Positions 1 to 9,284 of a DNA stretch of 64,000 bases are shown in pieces. Location of the stretch: contig OZ240211.1 of the NCBI GenBank assembly GCA_965197525.1, forward strand, positions 1,216,001-1,280,000. The letters are read 5' to 3'. The stretch's first letter is position 1. Each line of letters opens with the position of its first letter. Source of the DNA: Nitrosopumilus sp. Lineage in GTDB: Archaea; Thermoproteota; Nitrososphaeria; Nitrososphaerales; Nitrosopumilaceae. The position numbers were made by a program, and so were the translations under genes. Under the pieces are notes generated by a model, which was not told the origin of the DNA, did no database searches, and saw nothing but the letters and a program-made list of their open reading frames with translations.

Positions 1-646
1 AAATATAATCAAGAATAAAAATACAGTAGTTATTTGTAGATTGGTATTTTATCTGGTAGATTTATTATACAACAAGTATAACTAATGGTATCCAGTATAC
101 ATTCAATCTATGTATACATTCAATATTTGTAAATGCGCTGCAAACCCACACACATATAAAAACAGAGCAGTTAGAGAAACAATAGTCAAACAACGGACTA
201 GTCTTCATGAATTCGAACCAAAAGAATTAAGAGTCAAAGATTAAGAATATGCTGTACAATTTAGCAGAGAAGTAAGTATGTGATAAAATATCAACATATC
301 ATAAAAGAACCAAATCAACACAATTGCAGTGTTATTATTATTATTTGCATTCACATGATTGTGACTCTACTTTTAATACGCTCCAACGATCATGTCTATC
401 CATATAATGAACTCTTCTGCGAATATGACGAATAACAAATGTCTGTAGACAAGTCAAGAATCAAACTTGTTTGGACCATATTCTGATGCTGTTATTTATA
501 GCGATAACAGATAGTTGAGAAACCTACTTCTTTATAGTCCAAAAAATGGCATGGCTCTGTATATCACACGAATAGCAGAGGATCTGAAGATAAATCAAGC
601 AGACATCTAGTAACATTCATTTACATAATGATAGATTTTAGAAGAA

Positions 647-1444
647 TTGTCAGCTGAACTACAAGAGATGCCAGAGCAAGGAGAGATAATTCTTGCAACA
701 ATCACAAAGGTGATGGACCATGGAGCGTATGTAACGCTAGACGAGTACGATGGTATCCAAGGATTCTTACATATCTCAGAGATAGCGCCAGGCTGGATAA
801 GATCGATTAATAGGTTTGTCAAAGAGAAGGAAAAAAAGGTTTTACTAGTAAAAAAAGTAAATTTCCATAGAAAGGACATTGACCTGTCGTTAAAACAGGT
901 TTCAAAGGATCAAAAGAAGCAAAAACTCAAAGAAGTAAAAAAGTTTGAAAAGGGTAAGACGTTACTGCAGAATGTTCAAGAAAAGGCAAATCTGACTGAT
1001 GTGGAGATTGAAAAGTTAGAAGACAGCATATACTCCAAATTTGATTCAATTTATGATGCGTTTATATCCATTGGCAGAAACAGAATGGAATCTGTAGCAG
1101 AATTAAAAATTCCAGCAAAGACATCAAAAGTGATTGAGGATATCTGTTCGAAGATCAAACTTCCCTCAGTTGAGATTAGAGGTATTATGGAGATAACAAA
1201 CAGCAAGCCAAACGGAGTTGACATTATTAAAAAAGTGTTACTAGACGCGTTAGCAAAAGATACCACCGTGGATATTACCTATTTGGGAGCACCAAAATAC
1301 AGACTCTCAATTACATCAGAGGATTTCAAATCTGCTGAAAAATTGCTAAAACCGATAATTGAAGACGTTGAACGCAGCATCCAAAAAAAGAAGGGCTCGT
1401 TCAAATTTACAAGAGAAGAGTCAAAGAAGACGAGAGAGAACTAG
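647..1444 (+). CDS. eif2a: Translation initiation factor aIF2 alpha subunit
   Basis: N-terminal S1 domain (GAYVTLDEY...GFLHISEIAPGWIR), C-terminal YLGAPKYR motif; adjacent to nop10 as in archaea. Confidence 0.97.
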   Translation: MSAELQEMPEQGEIILATITKVMDHGAYVTLDEYDGIQGFLHISEIAPGWIRSINRFVKEKEKKVLLVKKVNFHRKDIDLSLKQVSKDQKKQKLKEVKKFEKGKTLLQNVQEKANLTDVEIEKLEDSIYSKFDSIYDAFISIGRNRMESVAELKIPAKTSKVIEDICSKIKLPSVEIRGIMEITNSKPNGVDIIKKVLLDALAKDTTVDITYLGAPKYRLSITSEDFKSAEKLLKPIIEDVERSIQKKKGSFKFTREESKKTREN

Positions 1445-1445
1445 G

Positions 1446-1610
1446 ATGAAGTTTCTTTTACGAAGATGTACAAAGTGTAATAGATATACACTAAAGTTAA
1501 AATGCGATACGTGTGATGTGGAGACCGTTTCAGTACATCCTGCAAAATTTTCACCAGATGACAGATACATGAAGTACAGACTGGCAGAGAGATATTCTCA
1601 AGTGGAATAG
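1446..1610 (+). CDS. nop10: H/ACA RNP protein Nop10
   Basis: From ATG 1446: MKFLLRRCTKCNRYTLKLKCDTC...HPAKFSPDDRYMKYR. Confidence 0.93.
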   Translation: MKFLLRRCTKCNRYTLKLKCDTCDVETVSVHPAKFSPDDRYMKYRLAERYSQVE

Positions 1611-1664
1611 AGTGCCATGTTTTAGATGAAAGTATTTGTTCCAGTTAAAAAATCAAGATAGTTG

Positions 1665-2144
1665 TTACTGGGGCGAATATCTTCCTTTGAGTGTGACCTG
1701 TTCTAGGATGCGAGCCTTGTTGATTGCAGCCTCGACTTGGGCCTTGGTAGATCCCTTTGGAATATCCAGTGTGCCATCAAGTGCGTACAACGTAAAGACG
1801 TACGTGTGCTCTTTATCAGGAGGTGCAGGTCCTCCATAACTGACTGAACCAAAGTCAGTCTCGCCTTCCAGGCAGTCAGAAGGAACGGAATTCTCCTTTA
1901 TCTCTACTTTAGAGTCAGGAGAGATGATGTTCCATAGTACCCAATGAACCCAGACTTTGCCTACAGCACCCATGGCATCGGGGTCATCCATGATCAAAGC
2001 CAGAGAAACAGTACCTTGAGGGATGTCGTTAATTGACAGAGGCACGCTCGTATTACCATTCTTGTAACCGTATTTTCTTGGAATTACTCCACCGTCTGCA
2101 AATGCCGGACTCGTAAGTGTCATGGCCATACCAGATTGTGCCAA
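1665..2144 (-). CDS. YbhB/YbcL family PEBP (Raf kinase inhibitor-like) protein
   Basis: SLALIMDDPDA, WVHWVLWNI, YGGPAPP, HTYVFTLYALD motifs. Confidence 0.92.
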   Translation of the reverse strand: MAQSGMAMTLTSPAFADGGVIPRKYGYKNGNTSVPLSINDIPQGTVSLALIMDDPDAMGAVGKVWVHWVLWNIISPDSKVEIKENSVPSDCLEGETDFGSVSYGGPAPPDKEHTYVFTLYALDGTLDIPKGSTKAQVEAAINKARILEQVTLKGRYSPQ

Positions 2145-2240
2145 CTAGGTAAAATTAAGTATTTCGAAGTGAGGGTAAAATGATGTCGTTTTAAGATAGT
2201 CGCAATATCTCATACATACAACAACAAAGATTGCAGACAT

Positions 2241-2624
2241 TTAAGATTCTAAGACTATCTTGTTCTTTGAAAATGACATTATGGAACTACCGTGACTTTT
2301 GATCTGTTTTTTTAGTTTTTTATCCATGGTGCCAATAATGCAACGACGAGATGACGCATGTTTTATCAGTTCCTTGTCTGCAAAGGTACCAGAGATATCA
2401 ACGGTCTTGAAGTTTTTGATGTATTGTAACGTCAACAAAATGTCTTGTTTTTTGGACGGATTGTCTTGCAGTTTTACCAGCTCTTCTATTACAACTAGCG
2501 GCACAACAAATGTGATTTGACCGATATCTACACCCAGATCATCAATGTTTGTAATTCTTCTAGTCGCTAGATGAATAAGGAAATTTGTATCACAGATTAC
2601 ATCAACCAACTGTACCTGCACCAA
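2241..2624 (-). CDS. PIN-domain protein (Fcf1/Utp24-like)
   Basis: VICDTNFL, VIEEL, FAD, GTMDKKL; in the conserved S6e-aIF2gamma-PIN cluster. Confidence 0.85.
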   Translation of the reverse strand: MVQVQLVDVICDTNFLIHLATRRITNIDDLGVDIGQITFVVPLVVIEELVKLQDNPSKKQDILLTLQYIKNFKTVDISGTFADKELIKHASSRRCIIGTMDKKLKKQIKSHGSSIMSFSKNKIVLES

Positions 2625-3864
2625 TTAATCGCCATCTCTCAGCAATTCGTCTACTGATTGCAACATTGTCGTCCTTGAAGATGCAGACAGGCCGTCTCAG
2701 CTCTATCTCTATCTTGTTTGATTTGACGGACGTAACCTTTCCCAGTACAGGAGCAGTCCCAATGTTTAGACGTAGTAACTCACCTGTCTGGATTGACTGA
2801 ACCTTGATATCCTCTGTCGCACCTACTGCCGTATCAAAGAGGCTGACATCCAGTTTCAATACAGAGGAGTTTGTGGGTAGCGTGTCTGGCTTGCCAATAA
2901 CTGAGCCGATAAAAGAGTCGCTCCTAGTCATGGAAGGATCCAGTTTTGTCCCAATGGCAACCAGACCGCCGGGCTTTACAGAGTCTACAATGCCTGCTGC
3001 CGTTCCAAGCGAGACTATCTCAGTTAGTAATGGTTCGTATATCTTCTTCTTTTCATTTAGTATTCCAGGTTTAATCTCAATCTCATCGCCTACTTTGAAT
3101 ACGCCCCGGGTTAGGCTGCCACCGATTACCCCTCCTTTGATATGCTTTAGTTTTATTCCAGGTTTGTTTACATCAAATGAGCGTAACACATGCATGGTAG
3201 GATCTGCTTTCTCGTCTCGTTGTGGGGTCTTGATATTGGATTCTATGGCGCCAATTAGCGCATCTACGTTTAGTCCTGACTGGGCAGAGATTGGTATTAT
3301 GGGAGCCTTTGCAGCATGTGTTGTCTTCATAAATTTTGCAATATCTGTATAGTTTGCAAGAACCTCATCGTATGGAAGCAAGTCAACCTTGTTTTGAACA
3401 ACGATGATCTGTTGGATGCCCAGTGTCTGTAATGCCAGTAGATGCTCTTTGGTTTGCGGTCTAGGAACCTTTTCGTTTACAGCAGACAGCAACAAGGCGC
3501 CATCCATTACAGCAGAACCTGAAAGCATGTTGGCCATCAGACTCTCATGGCCGGGGCTATCAACAAAACTTACAACTCGTGTTAACTCACTCTCAGAGTT
3601 GCAGTTATGACATTTGGGAGTGGTTGAATATCCCAATGGTTCCTCGCAGTTTGGACACTTGTAAAATGCAGCATCAGAGTAACCTACACGTATTGTGATT
3701 CCACGCTTTAGTTCCTGACTGTGCACACTAGTCCACGAACCACTAAGGGCTTGAATCAGGGTTGTCTTTCCGTGGTCTACATGTCCTGCAGTACCAATGT
3801 TCACACATGGTTGATAACCGTATTTTTTGATGTACCAATCAGGAAGAGTCTCTCGCCAATGCAT
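2602..3864 (-). CDS. eif2g: Translation initiation factor aIF2 gamma subunit
   Basis: GHVDHGKT, RGITI, CxxC zinc knuckle, DSPGH, NKVD; start placed at ATG 3864. Confidence 0.97.
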   Translation of the reverse strand: MHWRETLPDWYIKKYGYQPCVNIGTAGHVDHGKTTLIQALSGSWTSVHSQELKRGITIRVGYSDAAFYKCPNCEEPLGYSTTPKCHNCNSESELTRVVSFVDSPGHESLMANMLSGSAVMDGALLLSAVNEKVPRPQTKEHLLALQTLGIQQIIVVQNKVDLLPYDEVLANYTDIAKFMKTTHAAKAPIIPISAQSGLNVDALIGAIESNIKTPQRDEKADPTMHVLRSFDVNKPGIKLKHIKGGVIGGSLTRGVFKVGDEIEIKPGILNEKKKIYEPLLTEIVSLGTAAGIVDSVKPGGLVAIGTKLDPSMTRSDSFIGSVIGKPDTLPTNSSVLKLDVSLFDTAVGATEDIKVQSIQTGELLRLNIGTAPVLGKVTSVKSNKIEIELRRPVCIFKDDNVAISRRIAERWRLIGAGTVG

Positions 3865-3896
3865 ATGAGTCAAATATAGAATCGGTATATGTTAAG

Positions 3897-4298
3897 CTAT
3901 TCTTTCGTGCCTGTGCTCTCATCAGTAGATGGAGGAGGAGTAGAAGATTCAACAGGTAGGGAACCATCAAACTTACAATTGATTTGATAGACCTCTTCTG
4001 ATATTGTATTGCCGCGCATGAGTTTTCTCTTTCTCTGGCCGGATTCTGCATCTTGTAGACCAACCCCGCGAGATAGTAAGACTCGTTTTCTTGCAGCACC
4101 GTGTACGTCACTTCTCATTGGAACGCCAGACTTGTCGCTGCCACCAGTAAGTTTTAGTTTACCGGTCAGGCCTACCACCGATGCGTCTGTCTCATTACCT
4201 AGCTGTAATCCCAACAACGGGTTTGCATCGGCATCCTTGAGTTCTTTTGAAATTGACTTGCCGTTTATATCAGATATGGTGAGCTTAAAGTTAGTCAA
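3897..4298 (-). CDS. rps6e: 30S ribosomal protein S6e
   Basis: KLKLTGGSDKSGVPMRSDVHG, GQRKRKLMRGNTIS. Confidence 0.96.
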   Translation of the reverse strand: MTNFKLTISDINGKSISKELKDADANPLLGLQLGNETDASVVGLTGKLKLTGGSDKSGVPMRSDVHGAARKRVLLSRGVGLQDAESGQRKRKLMRGNTISEEVYQINCKFDGSLPVESSTPPPSTDESTGTKE

Positions 4299-4415
4299 GT
4301 ATTGGAAAAAAGAGGCAGTGGACTAATTAATCTTTGGACATTGGTACGGTAAACATTCAGGGATGGATTTGAATTCATACATACGGTATTTCTCTTTTTT
4401 AAGGAATCTTACGAG

Positions 4416-4736
4416 TTACAGAATTTTTACTAGATATACTTGTTGTTCTGCTTGCTCGTCAAAACCATACAATGAGATCTGAACAGCCTTGACATGATCG
4501 TTCTCCAAAAAATTAGCGTATGCTCTTTTATCTCCAGTAATCAAATCACAGTTGTTTTCCTCACAAAAAGATGCAATACTCTTATCTGAACTGTAAGCTG
4601 GAGGATTCGGATCTGTACCCACATTTTGAATTTCAGGATAATCTTTTTTGATAACTGACCAATTATTATCAGCCCATCCTCTCCTGTTATAATCTATCAA
4701 AACCTTATGTGTCAAACAATTGACATCATAAGACAT
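4416..4736 (-). CDS. Putative DUF5615/Mut7-C PIN-like protein
   Basis: KVLIDYN ... SDKSIASFCEENNCDLITGD resembles the hhhDEN...D..I...A....hITxD pattern; start placed at ATG 4736. Confidence 0.5.
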   Translation of the reverse strand: MSYDVNCLTHKVLIDYNRRGWADNNWSVIKKDYPEIQNVGTDPNPPAYSSDKSIASFCEENNCDLITGDKRAYANFLENDHVKAVQISLYGFDEQAEQQVYLVKIL

Positions 4737-4914
4737 TGTATTTAGGTTTAAAACAGTAAATTCGTGTAAGACGTTATTCTCCAGACATAAAATATGTACT
4801 GTTAGATACACAATCTAATTTCTTACTAATTTGTAGAGTAGTGTCTAGAACACTGACGATCTTGAACTCATATTGGTGTGCGGGAGAGATTTGATCAATC
4901 AATAATAATAATAA

Positions 4915-5088
4915 TCAAAGCCCAGGTCGATCTGGTATGTAGTCTGATGCCATATTAATTGCATGGTCTTTCATAATCTCAAGATACGTCTCGTAATCTG
5001 CCTCAAAGTTGCAATGAGGGCATTTGACAGTGGTTATATCATCATCTAGTTTGGCAACTCTGTCACATTCTGGGCATTTTGCATCCAT
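4915..5088 (-). CDS. Small zinc-ribbon protein (57 aa, not in the ORF track)
   Basis: Translated by hand: MDAKCPECDRVAKLDDDITTVKCPHCNFEADYETYLEIMKDHAINMASDYIPDRPGL*, two CxxC pairs. Confidence 0.8.
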   Translation of the reverse strand: MDAKCPECDRVAKLDDDITTVKCPHCNFEADYETYLEIMKDHAINMASDYIPDRPGL

Positions 5089-5139
5089 GTTTCTATGTAT
5101 CAGTTAAGATATTTAATCATAGTTATTAACAACATGTAG

Positions 5140-5213
5140 GCGGAGTTAGTTTAGCCTGGTATGACGTCAGCTTCCCAAGCTGAAGGCCGCGGGTTCAAAT
5201 CCCGCACTCCGCA
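5140..5213 (+). tRNA. tRNA-Gly (anticodon CCC)
   Basis: Acceptor GCGGAGT/ACTCCGC, anticodon arm TCAGC-TTCCCAA-GCTGA, T arm GCGGG-TTCAAAT-CCCGC; CCA not encoded. Confidence 0.97.
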
Positions 5214-5409
5214 TCATAATAGCATGGTTTGAGATTTATTCATTATATGATCATATTGTCAAACTATCAGATCTTGAGTCTTTCCAATCTGAGAAACGTT
5301 CATGTCATTATCGATGATCAAAAAAACTATTTCTAATTATTAATACAGAATCTTGTCAACTCTCTGATCGTAGTTTTGGAAGACTAGATGTAATTTTATG
5401 TCTGCACAA

Positions 5410-5653
5410 GTTATTGCCTCTGGCAATCCCGTAACCTGTTGGACAACTACTACCAAAGTTTGGTTTTTCTGTGGCTATATAAGAAGATATCTGGATTTTT
5501 CCCCAGATATAAAAAAGATGGAACTACTGCCGTTAATAGATTTTCGCAGACGTTACTGCCTCTGGCAATCCCGTAACCTGCTGGGTCAGTAGTCCTTAAC
5601 TATACTATACACGACCACATAATAAAGTACTATCTGGAGTTTTTTCCAGATAG
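5410..5653. repeat. Two tandem units, each a 29-bp hairpin repeat A plus a 23-bp hairpin repeat B, with unique spacers
   Basis: A: GTTAYTGCCTCTGGCAATCCCGTAACCTG at 5410 and 5552; B: TATCTGGA..TTTT..CCAGATA at 5488 and 5631. Confidence 0.85.
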
Positions 5654-5683
5654 TTAGTATGTTGAGGCTACCTAGTAGCCATT

Positions 5684-5766
5684 TGTATGGACTCAGGTCC
5701 CATATAAACAAAGACATAATGCTTGCAAATTCGTGCCTAGATTTGCATTAGATCTGAGTCCATACA
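5684..5766. repeat. Long imperfect inverted repeat / stem-loop
   Basis: TGTATGGACTCAGGTC (5684-5699) versus GATCTGAGTCCATACA (5751-5766); inner TGCAAAT/ATTTGCA stem. Confidence 0.85.
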
Positions 5767-6490
5767 GCCATTTACATAGAATCTGAATATGTGTCAAAAT
5801 CATGTCTCGTTAAAATGTTTAAAAAGTTCACGTCTACAAGAAATTCAAAAATGTCGATAACCCATAAACACTAGAGAATGGTTGTTTAAAACACCAGACA
5901 AAAGAATATTTTCAATGTACACACGTACTCTAACCTCGTCACGAATTTTCTGAGGACATCTATCGGATACATGACAATGTTTGATTGTTTCTGCTGATGG
6001 TCTGCAATAATTTCTATAGCATCTTTAGGTATCTGGATAAAGGGTTTTCAAAAAATCATTAAAATTTTTATTAAAATGTACATTAATTCCAACAGTCATA
6101 AAAATATTAAAAATGTAAGCTTAATCATTTTTGGTGGATTGTCGGTATTTGGCAAAGATCTTGTCGTCTTCTTTACTCCATTTAGGAGTCGGTTTTAGAT
6201 GGGTTGTTTTTGTCATGTTTGATTGATTCTTCTTTGATTTATGATTGTTTAAAGTTTGGGTTTACTCTATGAAGAATATAAAATATGTTACAGAACCAAC
6301 AGCAAAAGCAATTGGTAAGATAGATGATTTCAACACTTGTAATCCAAAAAATGCTCAAAATTCCAAGAGCTTTTGGTAATTTTATGATTCGATATCTGAT
6401 CAAAAAAGGATTTGTTATAACAGGTAGAATAAGAAGTCACGAGTAACATGACAGACGAGTATTTTTATACAGTTTCGGTATGATACCAAC

Positions 6491-6742
6491 ATGTCAAATA
6501 AGGTAAACGAATATTCAGATAAGAGAACTATTTCTAATGCTGACACACCACAAAAACGTAAGACGTCAAAGAAGAAAAAATGCCCATCATGTGGTAGTGA
6601 CAACGTTGCAAGTATAGTCTACGGGTATCCGAGTTCCGAGTGGGATTGGGAGAAGGATGTGGACTCGGGCAAGGTGGTTCTCGGCGGATGCTGTGTACGA
6701 AACGAGAAATGGGAATGCAACAAATGTCATTCCAGCTGGTAA
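6491..6742 (+). CDS. Small Cys-rich putative zinc-binding protein
   Basis: CPSCGS...IVYGYP...VVLGGCC...WECNKC. Confidence 0.7.
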   Translation: MSNKVNEYSDKRTISNADTPQKRKTSKKKKCPSCGSDNVASIVYGYPSSEWDWEKDVDSGKVVLGGCCVRNEKWECNKCHSSW

Positions 6743-6892
6743 TACCTTTTCAAGTTTTAGACATAGTTGTATAACTCGACAGAAATACCAATTGTACAAA
6801 TTTGACGGCTCGCAAAACAATTTCACAAACAATAAAAATACATGTTTGGATATGCCATCATGGAAAAAATCTGCTGGGCTAACACAGCTAAT

Positions 6893-7720
6893 ATGGATGA
6901 ATCCAAATTTGTCATAATTGGCATACCTGACGAGGAACAGTCTCACTCATTACGAAAAGGAGCAAAAAATGCACCACAAAGAATTCGCCAAATATCGAAT
7001 CTGTATGATGCGTACAAACGAGACGATACCATTACACTAGCACGACCGTTTTCAGGCACAGAAAAGAAGGTTTGTGATATTGGAGATATCAGAAAAGATG
7101 ATATCGAGTCTGCGTACGACAAGATACCTGCGTCACAGATACCAATTGCAATGGGCGGTGATCATTCCATTACAGCAGGCATCATAAACGCACTAGCAAA
7201 AAAACACAAGAAAATATCTCTGGTATACTTTGATGCTCATCCTGATTTTATAAGTTCAGAAAGAGATTATCACGGTTCGGTGATAGCTGATATCATACCA
7301 AGTATTGACATGACGTCCAGTATACAGGTAGGAATAAGGAATCCCGAGCAAGAAGAGTTGGAGAACATCAAAAAATACGATTTGAGTATAGTTACTCCGT
7401 GTGATGTAACAGAGCACGGAGTAAAACAGATTACAGACTCCATACTAGATAGGTTAGGTGATAACGTGTACATCTCCTTTGATATGGACTCACTTGATCC
7501 CGCATATGCTCCAGGTGTATCTGTTCCTGTTCCTCTTGGTTTGAACAACAACGATGCAATGTACATGCTAAAAAAGATCATACAAAAGAAGAGAGTAATA
7601 GGAATGGACGTCATGGAGGTATGTCCAGATTTTGATATTAATGACAGGACATCCCATATGGCATCAAGAATAATTGCAGAGGCAATTTATTCATCACCGG
7701 GAGAGAATGCCATTGACTGA
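6893..7720 (+). CDS. Arginase/agmatinase-family ureohydrolase
   Basis: GGDHS, DAHPD, SFDMDSLDP metal-ligand motifs; start placed at ATG 6893. Confidence 0.92.
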   Translation: MDESKFVIIGIPDEEQSHSLRKGAKNAPQRIRQISNLYDAYKRDDTITLARPFSGTEKKVCDIGDIRKDDIESAYDKIPASQIPIAMGGDHSITAGIINALAKKHKKISLVYFDAHPDFISSERDYHGSVIADIIPSIDMTSSIQVGIRNPEQEELENIKKYDLSIVTPCDVTEHGVKQITDSILDRLGDNVYISFDMDSLDPAYAPGVSVPVPLGLNNNDAMYMLKKIIQKKRVIGMDVMEVCPDFDINDRTSHMASRIIAEAIYSSPGENAID

Positions 7721-9284
7721 ATTTGAAAACGAATACACCTGGGGGAGGGCAGTTGCAGATAGCACCACAGAAGAGTTTCATGCATCTTTTGATAGTGCAG
7801 TAGGCAAGGTAAGAGAAGAGTTGGGTAACCAGTACCCAATAATAATTAATGGTAAAAGATTACATTATGATGACTGTTTTACAGTCAGGTCGCCTGCAGA
7901 TACCAGAATTACAATAGCCAGATTTCCAAAGACCACACCATCAGATACAGTGTATGCCATAAAAAGTGCCAAAGACGCATTTGATGAATGGTCTAAAACC
8001 ACATACCAAAAAAGAGTAAAAATATTCAGAGATTGTGCTGATGTATTCTCTGAACGTAAATTTGATTTGGCGGCACTAATGTCATTTGAGAACGGAAAGA
8101 ACAGGTATGAGGCGATAGGTGACATTGATGAAACAATCGATTTTATGAGATTTTATGCATCACAACTAGAGAGAAATCAAGGATTCTGCAAGCAGACAGA
8201 CCATCCAAACCCTCATGAAAAGACGCAGGCAGTCATGAAGCCCTTTGGCGTGTGGGGGATTATAGCGCCGTTTAACTTTCCATCAGCGATTGCAATCGGG
8301 ATGACTACAGCTGCACTAATCACAGGTAATACAGCAATCCTAAAACCGGCAAGTGATGCACCCCTATCATCATACCAGTTTGCAGATATTATTCATGGTG
8401 TGATTCCGGATGGTGCAGTCAACTTTGTGACAGGTTCAGGTAGTATCGTAGGCAAGACCATCATAGAGAGTCTAGATATCAGCGGTATTGCATTTACCGG
8501 CTCACGAGAGGTAGGTATGAGAGGATTTCAAGAGTTTACAAGACACACCACAAAACCGTTCATCTCTGAGATGGGTGGAAAAAATCCGGTAATTGTAACA
8601 AAACATGCAGATCTAGAAAAGGCAGCGCAAGGAGTGATAAATGCCGCTTTTGGGTTTGGAGGACAGAAATGCAGTGCCTGTTCCAGAGTGTACGTGCAAT
8701 ACGGGGTGGCCGAACAGTTCATCTCAAAACTAGTTGACGAGACAAAAAAACTAAGGGTTGGGAAGCCGTGGGAGAAAGACGTGTTTTTGGGTCCTGTGAT
8801 AAACAAGGACGCAAAGACAAAGTTCGAGGATGCCGTAAATCTGGCAAAAAGAGATGGGAAGGTGCTGACGGGTGGTTCTGCAATAACCACACAAGATCTT
8901 GACAATGGATATTATGTAGAACCTACAATAGTTGCAGAGTTGCCTGAAGAACATAGATTAATCAAGGAAGAACTGTTTTTACCGTTTTTGTGTGTTCAAA
9001 GGTATGATACATTTGATAATGCGATAAATCTGGCAAATCAGACAGAGTATGGATTGACGGCAGGTATCTTCAGTGACAACGAGAAACAGTTAGACAAGTT
9101 TTTTGCCAAGATTCAGTCAGGAGTGGTATACGCTAACCGTTTTGCCAGTGCAACTACTGCAGCCCTTGTCTCTAGCCAACCATTTGTTGGATGGAAGAAC
9201 TCTGGTTCCACAGGAAAGGGGGCAGGCGGTGAGAACTATCTGCAGCAATTCATGCATAGCCAGACTCAGACACGCTGTGATTGA
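7707..9284 (+). CDS. 1-pyrroline-5-carboxylate (glutamate semialdehyde) dehydrogenase family ALDH
   Basis: PFNFP, FTGS, catalytic EMGGKN and GQKCSACS, EELF, YGLTAG; neighbour of ProDH. Confidence 0.88.
   Translation: MPLTEFENEYTWGRAVADSTTEEFHASFDSAVGKVREELGNQYPIIINGKRLHYDDCFTVRSPADTRITIARFPKTTPSDTVYAIKSAKDAFDEWSKTTYQKRVKIFRDCADVFSERKFDLAALMSFENGKNRYEAIGDIDETIDFMRFYASQLERNQGFCKQTDHPNPHEKTQAVMKPFGVWGIIAPFNFPSAIAIGMTTAALITGNTAILKPASDAPLSSYQFADIIHGVIPDGAVNFVTGSGSIVGKTIIESLDISGIAFTGSREVGMRGFQEFTRHTTKPFISEMGGKNPVIVTKHADLEKAAQGVINAAFGFGGQKCSACSRVYVQYGVAEQFISKLVDETKKLRVGKPWEKDVFLGPVINKDAKTKFEDAVNLAKRDGKVLTGGSAITTQDLDNGYYVEPTIVAELPEEHRLIKEELFLPFLCVQRYDTFDNAINLANQTEYGLTAGIFSDNEKQLDKFFAKIQSGVVYANRFASATTAALVSSQPFVGWKNSGSTGKGAGGENYLQQFMHSQTQTRCD

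Noticed and set aside
1-600. Gene or regulatory array in the first 600 nt (including the GTATACATTCAAT direct repeat at 95 and 112)
   Set aside because: No convincing ORF; a single 13-bp duplication in AT-rich DNA is too weak without the upstream context
2804-3352. Long antisense ORFs opposite eif2g and other core genes (e.g. 8528-8905, 24686-25177, 58904-59254)
   Set aside because: Complementary-frame artefacts of well-supported genes
5398-5592. 64-aa ORF over the repeat region
   Set aside because: No recognisable motif; it reads through both repeat A copies in different frames, so it is likely spurious
5410-5653. Canonical CRISPR array or integron attC sites
   Set aside because: Only two copies of each repeat, two alternating repeat types and no cas gene; GTT precedes AAC, the opposite of the attC R''/R' order, and no integrase is present. 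Kept as an unexplained finding
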